64,000 bases of DNA from an uncultured virus (IMG/VR IMGVR_UViG_3300008267_000055) (taxonomy: Duplodnaviria; Heunggongvirae; Uroviricota; Caudoviricetes): the IMG/VR virus record IMGVR_UViG_3300008267_000055; one strand, written 5' to 3'. The notes beneath the pieces were generated by a model. It did not search any database. It was given only the letters and a program-made list of their open reading frames with translations, and was not told where the DNA came from. This document shows, in pieces, positions 47,388 to 57,583 of the stretch. A program made the position numbers and the translations under genes. Positions within the stretch are counted from its first letter, which is position 1. Each line of letters starts with the position of its first letter.

Positions 47388-47772
47388 ATCGGGCAATCCG
47401 ATGCCCCTCAATCAAGTTATAGACGTTAATGGCCAAGATCTCGTCTTCGTGGAGGAGATTCTGGAGCTCCTTCGGGAGCTCGTTCGGCCACATCGTAAAG
47501 ATAGTAGCCAAGGCTGTCAGGAACGCGGCGTGATCGTCTGGCAAGATGTTGAACTTTCCGTTCGCAAGCGTGGCTGCCAAGATACGGGCGTAGTTGCGCT
47601 CATCGAAGTTCAATACTCGAATCGCCAAGGTGCAAGTCAGCTCCTCACCAGACTCTGAGTAGTAATCGAAGGTCACCGGGATCTGGCTTGGCTTGGTAGC
47701 AGGCTTCTCAGCCGGCTTCTCTTCGATGATCTGCTTGGCGCGGGTTGCAGCGAGGAGGCTCTTCTCGTCCAT
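47323..47772 (-). CDS. Tail assembly chaperone
   Basis: Between tube and tape measure; GGAG RBS; typical size. Confidence 0.72.
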   Translation of the reverse strand: MDEKSLLAATRAKQIIEEKPAEKPATKPSQIPVTFDYYSESGEELTCTLAIRVLNFDERNYARILAATLANGKFNILPDDHAAFLTALATIFTMWPNELPKELQNLLHEDEILAINVYNLIEGHRIARFRGDGATGPRRSAAVRLADSP

Positions 47773-47809
47773 GTATGTTACTCCGATTAGGGAGTTTAAC
47801 CCTTAAACG

Positions 47810-47842
47810 AAAAAAGGCGCCTGTCAACGACAGACGCCTTTG
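47810..47842 (-). terminator. Rho-independent terminator after tail tube
   Basis: Minus strand aaggcgtctgtc-gtt-gacaggcgcc-TTTTTT. Confidence 0.85.
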
Positions 47843-47859
47843 TTCAGTAAACAGGCCGA

Positions 47860-48330
47860 TTAAATCGTGCCAGCCTTGCGCTCCGTCAACGTAGTCGCCA
47901 CGAAGGTCGCGTTGACCATCGTGATCGCGCCCTCGGAGAGGCGGAAGACACGACCCTCAGGCTTGAAGCCCTGAATGCTCAGGACCGTCGTGCCCGAGTA
48001 CCAGTCGAGAAGATCGATCGTGCCGGGCACGTAGTCGATGATCTTGCGGTTCTCAGCCTCGCGGTTCCCGTACCAGTCAAGCGGGAACCAAGTCTTGCCA
48101 CCACCAACGGCGTTCAGGGGCTCGGTGAGGATGTGCATGTAGCCGAACGAGCCGTTGACGTTGTACGCCACGGTCTCGAAGAGCTGCACGGCAGCGTCGC
48201 CGAAAACGCGAATCGGAACGTTACCGAACGACTCGGAAGCCGAGAAGTCGTTGACCCATCCGATGATGGTGCCGTTGACCGACACGCGGGCTCGGGTAGA
48301 AGTAAATGCGCGCCTGGGCTCAGTAGCCAT
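47860..48330 (-). CDS. Tail tube protein
   Basis: 156 aa directly after the sheath, beta-rich, strong codon bias, followed by a terminator. Confidence 0.85.
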   Translation of the reverse strand: MATEPRRAFTSTRARVSVNGTIIGWVNDFSASESFGNVPIRVFGDAAVQLFETVAYNVNGSFGYMHILTEPLNAVGGGKTWFPLDWYGNREAENRKIIDYVPGTIDLLDWYSGTTVLSIQGFKPEGRVFRLSEGAITMVNATFVATTLTERKAGTI

Positions 48331-48342
48331 GGGTCACCTTCC

Positions 48343-50430
48343 TTACGCAATCGGGAACGCAATCGCCACGGAGGTGACTGCGATGTGGTTAACGGGGAGG
48401 ACGGGCGAGATCGTGTACCGCGCGAGGAAGGACGTGGACGTCTCTTCGACGACGAGGGAGTCGGCCTGCCACGAACGGAGAACACCACGGTAGACCTGGT
48501 CCGCGAGCTCGGCCGCGATGGCGGAACGAATCGCAGGGGCAACCGCAGGCGTGGCCTTCGTGTTGAGGAACGGCTTGACCGCGTTGCGAACGCCGATGTT
48601 CGAGAAACCGATCGCCTCGACCGAGGAGCCTTCGGTGCGGACGAGATCGTTGTCCTCGCTGTAGGTCGTAACCCAGCGAACGATCTTGATGCCGTCGCCA
48701 AGATCCTCGAGCGGGGTCATGCAGTTCTCGAGGAGCGTGTCGGCGGCGTCCGTCCCCATGATCGACGAGTGGCCGTTGAACGCGAGAGCGCGCGGGCTGC
48801 CGCCACCCATCGGGAGACCGATCTCCGGGTTGGCGCACTGCATCGAGGCGAACATCAGACCCGTGTACAGCGTGCTGTACGCAGAGGTCGTCCCGTTCCA
48901 CTGCGCGATGCGGATCGAGTGCGGGAGCATCGTGACCCGGAAGTCCTGAAGGTCGCGGCGCTTAACATTAAGCTCGGTGAGCGTCATGTTGGGCGTCGGA
49001 GCCACAACCAGCTGGCACTCGCGCTGCCCCTTGCCCCACATGAGCTTGACGTGGTCAAGCGCCGCGACGTGAACATCGTGGTCGTTCGTGTAGGGGAAGA
49101 GAACCGTGACCGGCGAGGTCATAAGGGCCGTGAAGCCCGAGAGCCACGAGGTCGGCAGCGTGGCCGACTCGGAGCCACCCAGGAGCACGAGCGAGGTCGG
49201 AAGGACCGGAACGTGCCCGCGCGGGGTGAGGTCCTCAACCGTGACAAGCTTGGAGTAGCTCTGGAAAGACTTGATAAGGTTCCAGCGCTCGGCATTGAGC
49301 TTGGCCACAGAGACCGCAGGGACGTCGATCTCAACTGCGGCCCGGGGGTCTAGCTCCTCAAAAGGAGTCGTCGCAGCCTTGAAAGACTCGGTCCAAGCGG
49401 TGAAGCCCTTCAGCGAGTTCACGTACTGAATCGCCTGGGAAACAGTCTCGTGCCCGAGGTCAGGCCCGATATCGACGACCTTACCCGAGAAGTTGAAGGA
49501 GCCGCTCCAGCTCGTCGCACCACCCGAGGCGGGCGGGAAAATAGCGACGCGGGTGACGCGGCTGAAAACCACGTCAGACACGACTGCGATCGGAGACCCG
49601 GCCTCGATAGCGACCTCTGTGAAGGTGTGGCTAAAAGTCGCAGCGGCACCCGTGCTATCGTAACCGACAACGTTGACCGTCAGCGAGCCATTGACCGAGC
49701 TACCTGCGGTAGGCTGAACGGTGACCGTTCCAGTGATAGGAGCGTCTGGGACCCACGAGGTCTCAGTGGCGTTAGCCACTTCCCACGAGTCGTCGATCAC
49801 GGTGGCGAACAGGATCTGCGCCTGCTTCTCACCTGACTCCTTGACCAGCTCAAGCACGGAGTCCGCGCCGACGATGAGCCCGTACGCGCTAGTGGCGCCG
49901 GCAGGAGGGGTGTAATCGTAGCCGACGCGGAACGTGCCCTCGCCAGACGGCGAGTTGAACGACTCGGTAACGCCGCCGTTCGAGACAAGAATGGCGTTGG
50001 AGCCATCGTCCCGCTCAGTGATCGAAACCGCAGTCGAGTTTCCAGCCAAGCCCCAGACATTTGCGGAGATGAGGACGTTGTTATAGAGAACGCTCTCAAG
50101 CTCATGCTGAAGGTAGCCGGTCGCGCGCGTATTCGGCTTGACGTTGAGCAGGATAACACCGGCCGGCGAGCCAGCGAACGGAGCGACCGTGCTCGGGTTG
50201 TAAATGATGTTCGCGAGCTCGCGCATCGTGTTGTTCACGGGCACGGAGCTCAGGAACGACGTCTGCGACGTGAAGAGGTACGGAACGTCCTTCTCAAGGA
50301 AGGGGAACTCTCCCACGACCGCGAGGACCTTGTTCGCCGGCCCAAGGCCGGAGCGACCCGCGAACTCGGTAATGACCGAGACAAGCGGACGGTACGTAAG
50401 CTTGCCGTCAACGAAAAAACCTGCGGGCAT
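48343..50430 (-). CDS. Contractile tail sheath protein
   Basis: 695 aa; C-terminal GIKIVRWVTTY..EGSSVE and PVLPVNHI sheath motifs. Confidence 0.9.
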   Translation of the reverse strand: MPAGFFVDGKLTYRPLVSVITEFAGRSGLGPANKVLAVVGEFPFLEKDVPYLFTSQTSFLSSVPVNNTMRELANIIYNPSTVAPFAGSPAGVILLNVKPNTRATGYLQHELESVLYNNVLISANVWGLAGNSTAVSITERDDGSNAILVSNGGVTESFNSPSGEGTFRVGYDYTPPAGATSAYGLIVGADSVLELVKESGEKQAQILFATVIDDSWEVANATETSWVPDAPITGTVTVQPTAGSSVNGSLTVNVVGYDSTGAAATFSHTFTEVAIEAGSPIAVVSDVVFSRVTRVAIFPPASGGATSWSGSFNFSGKVVDIGPDLGHETVSQAIQYVNSLKGFTAWTESFKAATTPFEELDPRAAVEIDVPAVSVAKLNAERWNLIKSFQSYSKLVTVEDLTPRGHVPVLPTSLVLLGGSESATLPTSWLSGFTALMTSPVTVLFPYTNDHDVHVAALDHVKLMWGKGQRECQLVVAPTPNMTLTELNVKRRDLQDFRVTMLPHSIRIAQWNGTTSAYSTLYTGLMFASMQCANPEIGLPMGGGSPRALAFNGHSSIMGTDAADTLLENCMTPLEDLGDGIKIVRWVTTYSEDNDLVRTEGSSVEAIGFSNIGVRNAVKPFLNTKATPAVAPAIRSAIAAELADQVYRGVLRSWQADSLVVEETSTSFLARYTISPVLPVNHIAVTSVAIAFPIA

Positions 50431-50432
50431 GA

Positions 50433-51137
50433 TTAGCCTTCCTTGTCAGTGTCCGGTTCAGGGGTAACCCCGCCGAAATATGTCCCACCCAGTTGGTACT
50501 CCGTTCCAGTCGTGGGGTTCAAAATGGAACTAGCGGACGCAGTTACGTCAGCTATGAATACCGGCTTTACTGGCCAATCAAACGGGCCTTCAATGTGAGG
50601 AAGTTCCGTAGTCATGGCGCACTTCCAAGTTTGATGCCGAATGTATTTAGTAACGTTCTCTGGCATCGTACCTGTTTCTGGACGAAGGTCCTCCGTCTTG
50701 GCGCGTTCGACCATATCGAAGCCGGCGCGGATGAACCAGCCGTCCGCCACGAAGCTGTTGATGATTGACCTGACAATATTGGCCAGCGTCATCATCAGGA
50801 ATTCGTTGTACGAGATGATGTAGACGCTTACGACGCCTTCATCGATAGACCAAGACGACTTGTCGACGTTCGGGTCTATCGTGAACGGGTTGCCCTCCAT
50901 AGGCTGGAGTCCGTCCAAGCTGGTAGCCACGACGCTGGTGTTCTCGTTGGTTATGCCTACGCTGTAGGTTAACCTGAACTGAATGTCCGTCTTCAGGATT
51001 ATTTCGCGAGCCCGCTTCCACTCAGGCTCTGGAATTGATCGCGGGAAAAGCTTGGACCAAGTCTCATCGCCCCGGGTCTTAAGGATCTCCCAGCCCATTT
51101 CCAAAGCTCTGATAAAATAATAGTTAGCGAACTCCAT
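50433..51137 (-). CDS. Putative tail terminator/completion protein
   Basis: Position immediately upstream of the sheath. Confidence 0.5.
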   Translation of the reverse strand: MEFANYYFIRALEMGWEILKTRGDETWSKLFPRSIPEPEWKRAREIILKTDIQFRLTYSVGITNENTSVVATSLDGLQPMEGNPFTIDPNVDKSSWSIDEGVVSVYIISYNEFLMMTLANIVRSIINSFVADGWFIRAGFDMVERAKTEDLRPETGTMPENVTKYIRHQTWKCAMTTELPHIEGPFDWPVKPVFIADVTASASSILNPTTGTEYQLGGTYFGGVTPEPDTDKEG

Positions 51138-51155
51138 AAGGTTACCGCCTTTACC

Positions 51156-52334
51156 TCAAACGTCTTGGATGGAAGGAGCAGAGCGCTTAGAAAGTATGAG
51201 GGCAACTCTCATTATTTCGTCATAGGCTATTTTTTGCATCTTCTCTAAAAGCTGGATCGGCGCCCTACCCTTGCTGAGCCACTTTTTGCGCATCTCTTTC
51301 GACCTGAGCTGAGCTCTCTTATATTTCTTTGTAGTCCGCCTGCCCCTACCACGCACAGGCTCTTCGAGGGATAGAGTCCCGTCGGTGACGGTTCTAAACA
51401 CTATGAATGTCGTCGTACCCAAGCTTCGGACCTTAGGAATCTTACCGAACATACTATCCCACTGCGTCGTCATAGCATTGGGGCTTTTCATGACCTTGGA
51501 GGTCTCAAGCAAGCTCTTGGTGTACTTGCGCCTAAGGTTCCTGAGTATTGGCTCACCTTCGCCAGGTACAAAGCGGTCCTTCTTTGAAATATCTACCCTC
51601 TTACCGTACGCAGTAGCAAAAGCATCCTCTACTTGGCTCTCTATCTTCTTACGGGAAAACTTGACCCGTTTCGGATCCAATGGCTCCAGCCCACGAGCTT
51701 TGGGCGGGACTATCTTGTTTGACTCGACGTCTCTTGCTAGACGAGACATCAACTCTTCCTTGGTACCCTCAAGCCGCATTGGGATCACTTTCCTAGAAGC
51801 GCCTCCCAAGAGCATCGGCTTCATGTCGTGTAGCGTACCGTCGTACTTACCAAGGCCTTCGGCCAAGCCCCCGGCTTGTGGCGCCCAGCCGACTTCACGG
51901 GAGACTGCTTCCCAGCCGTCCAAGGTCATTCGTATGGACTGATTTACGAACTCGACCTTCATAGCTCGGATGTAGTCGTACAGGGCCGTGCCACTGAGGA
52001 CACTCTTAGCCTCCGTGCGCCAAATGCTCTCTATCTTTTTAACCAGCTTGTGGCCGATTTCTTCTGGAATACTGAACTCTTTTGACCTGATACCAGCGAC
52101 GGCGCCTCGACCCCTACCGGTGTGGCGATGCTGTATCGCAGTCCGATCAACAGACTCTGACTCGCTTTCACCCAAGAGGCGATTAGAGAACCCAAGGGCT
52201 CGCCCCATCTGAGTTACTATAAATTCAAAATTCTCGTTACCGTGGTTCGGATACGAGCTAGTCTTTTCCAAGTCTCCGAAGCCGAAGCCCGATCGGAATC
52301 CTTTGATGTAGATACCGGTCTTCTTGGTAGCCAT
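51156..52334 (-). CDS. Putative neck/tail-completion protein (basic)
   Basis: Position; DMKP.LL and FRTV motifs recalled from SPO1/Twort-like neck proteins. Confidence 0.5.
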   Translation of the reverse strand: MATKKTGIYIKGFRSGFGFGDLEKTSSYPNHGNENFEFIVTQMGRALGFSNRLLGESESESVDRTAIQHRHTGRGRGAVAGIRSKEFSIPEEIGHKLVKKIESIWRTEAKSVLSGTALYDYIRAMKVEFVNQSIRMTLDGWEAVSREVGWAPQAGGLAEGLGKYDGTLHDMKPMLLGGASRKVIPMRLEGTKEELMSRLARDVESNKIVPPKARGLEPLDPKRVKFSRKKIESQVEDAFATAYGKRVDISKKDRFVPGEGEPILRNLRRKYTKSLLETSKVMKSPNAMTTQWDSMFGKIPKVRSLGTTTFIVFRTVTDGTLSLEEPVRGRGRRTTKKYKRAQLRSKEMRKKWLSKGRAPIQLLEKMQKIAYDEIMRVALILSKRSAPSIQDV

Positions 52335-52336
52335 GT

Positions 52337-53182
52337 TTACGGTCCTGAATCAGGTGGAGAAGCAGGATTTGTGTACATGGGTGAGCCAAGGCTCTCTAGG
52401 ATAGCCAAAACCTTGACCGGATAGTTCTGGTAGACGAGCTCACGTCGGATCTCTTCGTAGTAGTCTCGCTTCAAGAACGGGAAGTCTCGAACGACGAAGA
52501 CGGGCCTAGCGAAGTACCGGATTGAATAGCGCTCACCGACTGCCGGTGCGGTGCCGAGGGCCACGCCCTTGGTCCAGTCGATCATCCCTTCGTCAGTCAC
52601 TTCGAAGTCAACCCCTTCCACGAGAGGCGTCTGGTCGGCGATACCAAGGCCCACTCCCTTGTAGCACATGGTCACACCGAGCTCGATCTCCACGGGAGTT
52701 GTTGGATCGGATTCGGACCCCATGAGGATCTTGCGCTTAACAATCTGATAGCGAGCACCGTCGATCAGGTTGCTTCTAATGCGAGACTCCGTCCACATGC
52801 GCGAGCCCTGCTTCAGCGTAATCTTGTCCCACTCCATCGGAAGATTTTCCGGGAGAAAGGTCATGAACACCGTTCCAGACGAGTACTCGCCCCAGACGTT
52901 GTAGACCTCCTCGCTAGAAGAAGAGGCTGTAACAAGAACCATGATCTCTTGCGGCTCACCCCAAATCTTGCCCCTTCCATCGCAAAGCGGGCAATCAAGG
53001 GGAAAATCCCTCACGGCCGCCGTACGACCTGCGACTTGCGATACAGTTCCGCAAGGGCAGTCACAGGCTTGTCTCCAATCGCAAAGGGTACCGTCCTCCC
53101 AAACTCGGTTACGAAAATCTTCTTCGACGAGGTCGACTCGGAAGTTGTCGGTCGCAAACGGCTTAAGGGATGGAAAGCGCAT
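52337..53182 (-). CDS. Putative head-closure/neck protein with Cys motifs
   Basis: WRQACDCPC..CPLCDGRG, YSIRY..RP.F.V; start placed at ATG 53182 (TAATG coupling). Confidence 0.65.
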   Translation of the reverse strand: MRFPSLKPFATDNFRVDLVEEDFRNRVWEDGTLCDWRQACDCPCGTVSQVAGRTAAVRDFPLDCPLCDGRGKIWGEPQEIMVLVTASSSSEEVYNVWGEYSSGTVFMTFLPENLPMEWDKITLKQGSRMWTESRIRSNLIDGARYQIVKRKILMGSESDPTTPVEIELGVTMCYKGVGLGIADQTPLVEGVDFEVTDEGMIDWTKGVALGTAPAVGERYSIRYFARPVFVVRDFPFLKRDYYEEIRRELVYQNYPVKVLAILESLGSPMYTNPASPPDSGP

Positions 53183-54117
53183 TACATCACCACCACGTTC
53201 GTGGCGCCCCACTTGGCGCGGAGAATTTCTACCGAGCGCTTATAGCGCTCTTGGTTCAGCTTGATCCAACCACCGAACGGCCCATCGGCTCGGAATCCCT
53301 TGGACTGCGACAAGCCGTCGATGCCAATGCTGCGAGAGGTCACGCCTGGTCCGTAAAGAAACGTACCGAGTGCTTCCAAAATAGGCTGAGACGAACCTGC
53401 GAGGACGGCGGAGACCATGGAGCCGTCGTACTCGGCAACGATGACCTCTCCGGAGAAATCCTCTGAGACCGGCTTGGAGAGCTCCAAGACATTCGATCGA
53501 GCCTTGGCGATCTGATAGGCGTTACCGTCCAAAATTACCCAAGAGCCAGGAAGAATCCTATTAGCGACTGGGCCAGCTGTCGGTGTAACGGTCAGCAGCT
53601 TAGAATTTTCAGCGATCACACCAGTACCGAGGATAGATTCAAAACCAGTCTCGTAATCGATGTGCAGGTAAGCAGGGGTAATGTGGTTGAAGTTGATATA
53701 CGCGTACTTCACCCACGGACCTTGGAGGTACCGGATATTTCCAGCGCCTGGCAGGACTTGAATCGCGCCCTGCTCGCGAGACCGGACAACAACCCAGTCT
53801 TTGGGAAGCTCCCACGACGGGTAGTTAGAGTACTGCAGGCGGATCGCCGTGATCTTGTTTACCGGGCGAATCGGAAGCCGGTGAAGGTTCCACCGGCTCA
53901 TGTCCCAGTCAACCACGTCCAAGTCTTGCGTCGAAGACGCCCCAATCGTTCCTCGAAGCGGAATGCTCAGCTCGTTTTCGAGCTGAGTAACCGCTCCGTT
54001 GATGTGCATGGCGAAGACATCGTCTGGGATGTACGGCACGCCCGATCGGTTATAAAACTCGACGCCGGCCAAGTAGGTGCGCAGGTACGCTGGGGTGACG
54101 ATGTCTGTGATGGCCAT
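53182..54117 (-). CDS. Putative head-tail adaptor
   Basis: Position after the capsid genes; IDYETG, GVTSRSIGIDGLSQS motif. Confidence 0.68.
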   Translation of the reverse strand: MAITDIVTPAYLRTYLAGVEFYNRSGVPYIPDDVFAMHINGAVTQLENELSIPLRGTIGASSTQDLDVVDWDMSRWNLHRLPIRPVNKITAIRLQYSNYPSWELPKDWVVVRSREQGAIQVLPGAGNIRYLQGPWVKYAYINFNHITPAYLHIDYETGFESILGTGVIAENSKLLTVTPTAGPVANRILPGSWVILDGNAYQIAKARSNVLELSKPVSEDFSGEVIVAEYDGSMVSAVLAGSSQPILEALGTFLYGPGVTSRSIGIDGLSQSKGFRADGPFGGWIKLNQERYKRSVEILRAKWGATNVVVM

Positions 54118-54119
54118 TT

Positions 54120-54614
54120 TTAACCCCTTGCAGCTGCTACCAGCTTTTCTACGAGAGAGGCGCGAGTAGCGTTCTTCCTGGTCTTAATACCCAAGCTATC
54201 ACACAGCTTCGTAAGTTCAGAAGTGCTATAGTTCGCGAAGTCCTTAGGCTCCTCGACTACGTCCGAAACTGGCTCCGAAATGACTGCCGAAACTTCCTCG
54301 GTTTCGACAGAAACTCGCTCAGCGGCCTCGACCATCTCGCCTAGATCCACGTCCTCCGTGACGTCTCCGATGGCGAAAACTTCGACAACGGGATTCTGCT
54401 TAAGAACGGCGGACTCGACATGATCTGTCCCAGGCTCCGCCTTGGGCTTGTCGTCAACCATCTCGCAGGCACGTGAGATCACAATAATGTGGATGTCTTT
54501 GGGGTCTGTTGGCTGTGGCTCAAGAATTCCAAAGGGTGCGGAGCAGGTAGCGCGGAAAGAGCCGATGCAGACTCGCTCGTTATTCTTCAACCATTTATGT
54601 GCGTAGACTTTCAC
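54120..54614 (-). CDS. Protein with C-terminal Rho-N/HeH-like helical domain
   Basis: STSELTKLCDSLGI....ATRASLVEKL; GTG start after GGAGG. Confidence 0.65.
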   Translation of the reverse strand: MKVYAHKWLKNNERVCIGSFRATCSAPFGILEPQPTDPKDIHIIVISRACEMVDDKPKAEPGTDHVESAVLKQNPVVEVFAIGDVTEDVDLGEMVEAAERVSVETEEVSAVISEPVSDVVEEPKDFANYSTSELTKLCDSLGIKTRKNATRASLVEKLVAAARG

Positions 54615-54627
54615 GATTCCTCCAAAC

Positions 54628-54660
54628 AAAAAGGGGAGGGCCTTGCGACCCTCCCCTTTT
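54628..54660 (-). terminator. Rho-independent terminator after major capsid gene (possibly bidirectional)
   Basis: aaaaaggggaggg-ccttgcga-ccctcccctttt perfect stem with A/T tracts on both sides. Confidence 0.88.
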
Positions 54661-54676
54661 ATTTACCACAAGTTGA

Positions 54677-56227
54677 TCAGGTACGCGACTCGACGTTCAT
54701 GTCGATGATCATCTTGTTCGGCTGCATAACAACCGGGGCCGCGAAGTAGAGCAGCGCAAACTGCTGCTTCAGGGCGCGCGGCACGGGCAGCGGGCGACGC
54801 ATCATCGGCAGGAGCTCAAGCATCTGAACGATGCTGGAGTTCCACTCCGAGATGATGATCGGGGCCGCGTCCGGGCGAACCTCGAGGAGCATGTCGTGCA
54901 ACGTGCTGCCGCCCATGCCCGCCGAGTTGCGCGGGAACGAGCCCGCCGGGCGGAAGCGCGAGATGTCCGGAGCGTCCGCGCCGGAAGCCACCGACGCCGC
55001 GAAAACGCGGACGTAGCGGATCGACTTCGAACCCTGACGGGGAACGAGCGCATCGGCCATCGTGAAGGTGACCGCGCCACCCTCGATGACGTCATCGACA
55101 GGGCCGATGATGCCAGTCGGGGTCGTGCCCTCGTCACCGACGATCTCGAACGCGAAGTACCAGTCACGAGCAGCGTCAGCCGCCGTGAAGTTACTGCCGG
55201 CGACCGGAGCAACCGTGGCACTGACCGACGGGAGGATCGGGTCCGGAGCCCCGTCGCCAACGGCGGTCGGGATCGGGGTCTTACGACCGCGATCGAGGAA
55301 GAACAGCGGCATGAGCTTGACGACGTTACCGAACGGCGTCACGAACTCGATGCCATCCGCGCCGAGGCGGAAGTTCTTCGTGCCCTCGTTGTACTTCGCG
55401 CGGGCGTACAGGTCGAGCTCCTGCGCGAGGTTACGGTAGTGCTCGGACGTGACGAAGCAGACCTCGGGGGTACCCCAGCGCGGTCCCTGCTCAATCAGAG
55501 CGGCGAGCTGCTGAAGGCGGTCGGCGTCGACGCGAGCACCATTCGAGTTGAGGAAGTTGGCCGGGGCCTCCTTCTTCACCTGCGAGATAATGCCGTCCCA
55601 GTGGTTGGGCGAGAGCGAGCTGTCAGCCCAGAGGACCTGCTCCTCGATCTTACGCGCGAGGTGCAGGGTAGCCTGCTGCGTACGCATCGAGAGGAGGTTC
55701 TGGTTGGCCAGCGTACCCGTGATCATCGTCGCCACGTCGGTGACTTCGAAGTACTCGGTCAGGTACTTGATCTGCGCCACGGCGCGGCGGTACGACGCCT
55801 CGCTCAGACCACCGACCGAACCCTCGCCGACGAAGCCGTCGAGGCCTTCCGAACCGTTGGTCACGATCTGCGCGTACTCGTAAACCGTCGAGCCCCACGA
55901 CTTACGCGGGATCATCTTGAACAGCTTCAGGTGCTTGTCGCTGAAGGTGATCGAGGTGAGGACGTTGTCGATCGACTGGGGAACGAGCGGGGCAAACTGG
56001 CCCTGCGGCAGGTCCTGCGAACCGAACGGAACGCCCTGCAGCGGGTAGTTAACGCCTTCAGCCTTCGAGAGCGAAACGCCCGCGCGCTGGAGGTCGGCAT
56101 TGAAAAGACCCGACTTCACCATCGGCTCGAGGTTACCAACCTCAGCCTCGGCGAGAGCATGGGCCATCTTGGAAACGAGTCCGCCGCCATTAAGAGCGTC
56201 GGCCTTGAGCGACTCGAGATCAAACAT
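54677..56227 (-). CDS. Major capsid protein
   Basis: 516 aa after protease and scaffold; QSIDNVL..ITF...LFK.I...STVYEY, IEEQVLWADS..WDGI pattern; strongest codon bias; AAGGAG RBS; terminator downstream. Confidence 0.9.
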   Translation of the reverse strand: MFDLESLKADALNGGGLVSKMAHALAEAEVGNLEPMVKSGLFNADLQRAGVSLSKAEGVNYPLQGVPFGSQDLPQGQFAPLVPQSIDNVLTSITFSDKHLKLFKMIPRKSWGSTVYEYAQIVTNGSEGLDGFVGEGSVGGLSEASYRRAVAQIKYLTEYFEVTDVATMITGTLANQNLLSMRTQQATLHLARKIEEQVLWADSSLSPNHWDGIISQVKKEAPANFLNSNGARVDADRLQQLAALIEQGPRWGTPEVCFVTSEHYRNLAQELDLYARAKYNEGTKNFRLGADGIEFVTPFGNVVKLMPLFFLDRGRKTPIPTAVGDGAPDPILPSVSATVAPVAGSNFTAADAARDWYFAFEIVGDEGTTPTGIIGPVDDVIEGGAVTFTMADALVPRQGSKSIRYVRVFAASVASGADAPDISRFRPAGSFPRNSAGMGGSTLHDMLLEVRPDAAPIIISEWNSSIVQMLELLPMMRRPLPVPRALKQQFALLYFAAPVVMQPNKMIIDMNVESRT

Positions 56228-56238
56228 GTGGTTTCTCC

Positions 56239-56886
56239 TTACAGGCTGATGCCGACGCTCTTGGCGAAGGCGGCGGGGTCATTGGCCGAGGCGGCGTTGG
56301 CGAGGGCGGTAGCAAGCTCAAGACGACGAGCGTCATTCGTGCCACCAGCACGGAGCTCGGTCGTCAGCTTACCGACGAGGCTCTTGCGCAGACGAACAAC
56401 GTCGTCCGGCGAGGCGCCCGGGGTGAGCTGGTCATGGGGCGAAGGAGCGTTGGTCACCGCGCCGAGGACCGACTGCGGAGCAGGGGCCTTGGCAGCGCCG
56501 CCGAGCGACTTCGCGATCTCAGCGTTGCGCTGGTCGAGCGACGTCAGGTGAACCGTCAGCTCCGAGATCATCTCGCCAATGCTGACGAGAGCCTTCGAAA
56601 GCTTGTTCGTCTCGGCCTTGACCTCAGCAACGGTGGCGTTGAAGAGCCCAGTCAGCTCGAGACCGGCGGTCGCCGGGATAATCGGCTGGACGGGCTCAGC
56701 GACCGCCGCCTGCGACTTGCGCAGCTCTTCGAGGATGCCCTCAAGCTTCTTGACGTCGATCGTCGAGCTCTGCTCGAGATCGTTCTCAACCTCGCCAGCC
56801 GAGATGGCCGACTTCACCAGATCCATAGCCTGGGCTTCGGGGACCTGCAGGTCCCGAAGCTTCGCGAGTCGCTCGCTTGCTTTCAT
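56239..56886 (-). CDS. Capsid scaffolding protein (putative)
   Basis: Coiled-coil with repeated LxKS/LxKA sites; between protease and capsid; start placed at ATG 56886 after AAGGAG. Confidence 0.75.
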   Translation of the reverse strand: MKASERLAKLRDLQVPEAQAMDLVKSAISAGEVENDLEQSSTIDVKKLEGILEELRKSQAAVAEPVQPIIPATAGLELTGLFNATVAEVKAETNKLSKALVSIGEMISELTVHLTSLDQRNAEIAKSLGGAAKAPAPQSVLGAVTNAPSPHDQLTPGASPDDVVRLRKSLVGKLTTELRAGGTNDARRLELATALANAASANDPAAFAKSVGISL

Positions 56887-56911
56887 GATTGCTCCTTGGG
56901 GTGTAGCTGGG

Positions 56912-57538
56912 TCAGCCAGCCATGATAACATCTGCGAGCTTCTCGGCCTGCTCCCAGGTCAGGTGTCGAAACTCTCTAACAAGCCGGTTGGTGACCTGAT
57001 CCTTATTCAGAAGTGTAGGATCTGCGTCCACTGCAGCCATAACTGCATTAACAGTCGAGCGGCTATGTCCGCGAGCGAACATAGAAGCTGCGATATCCAT
57101 CCACGTATCCGGATTTTTAGGAACAGGGCTAATAGCGATAGACATGACCTGCGCTTTAGTAACTCGCTTGCCTTTTCTGCCGCCGGGGAGGACACGCCCC
57201 TCGATGGAAAATCCCAGTGTGCGACGGCCACCAGCTTCGGCCATTGCCTTCTGGGTGTCGTAAACGAGTTTTCCGAAGGGGCGATTCAGATAGAGCTGTC
57301 CGCTAACGCGGGTCGCAAGCTTGCCGCTAGAGAGTCGAACCTGCTCGACCTTCTCAGGGTAGCCGGCGAGGCGCGCGATATCGACCGGGTGTTCGTACGT
57401 AAAAATGCCCTTGGTGAGACAGAACGACCAGTCCAAGCCGGTCTGGTCGATCTCGGTAATCGGAGCCGACACCGTGATGTCGGCTGGAAGCCAAGCCAAG
57501 AAATCGCCTGAAGACTGAAGTGCAACGTACGAAGACAT
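56912..57538 (-). CDS. Prohead (maturation) protease
   Basis: YEH, LGFSIEG and ISPVPKNPDT HK97/U35-type motifs. Confidence 0.85.
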   Translation of the reverse strand: MSSYVALQSSGDFLAWLPADITVSAPITEIDQTGLDWSFCLTKGIFTYEHPVDIARLAGYPEKVEQVRLSSGKLATRVSGQLYLNRPFGKLVYDTQKAMAEAGGRRTLGFSIEGRVLPGGRKGKRVTKAQVMSIAISPVPKNPDTWMDIAASMFARGHSRSTVNAVMAAVDADPTLLNKDQVTNRLVREFRHLTWEQAEKLADVIMAG

Positions 57539-57583
57539 GCGTGAACTCTAGAATCCTCGGAAAACTGAGGCTATAAAATGCGT

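Noticed and set aside
48133..49353. 406-aa plus-strand ORF antisense to the sheath
   Set aside because: Same codon-bias artefact; Arg-rich nonsense composition
54896..56551. 551-aa plus-strand ORF antisense to capsid/scaffold
   Set aside because: Shadow ORF expected from strong GC codon bias; no motifs or RBS
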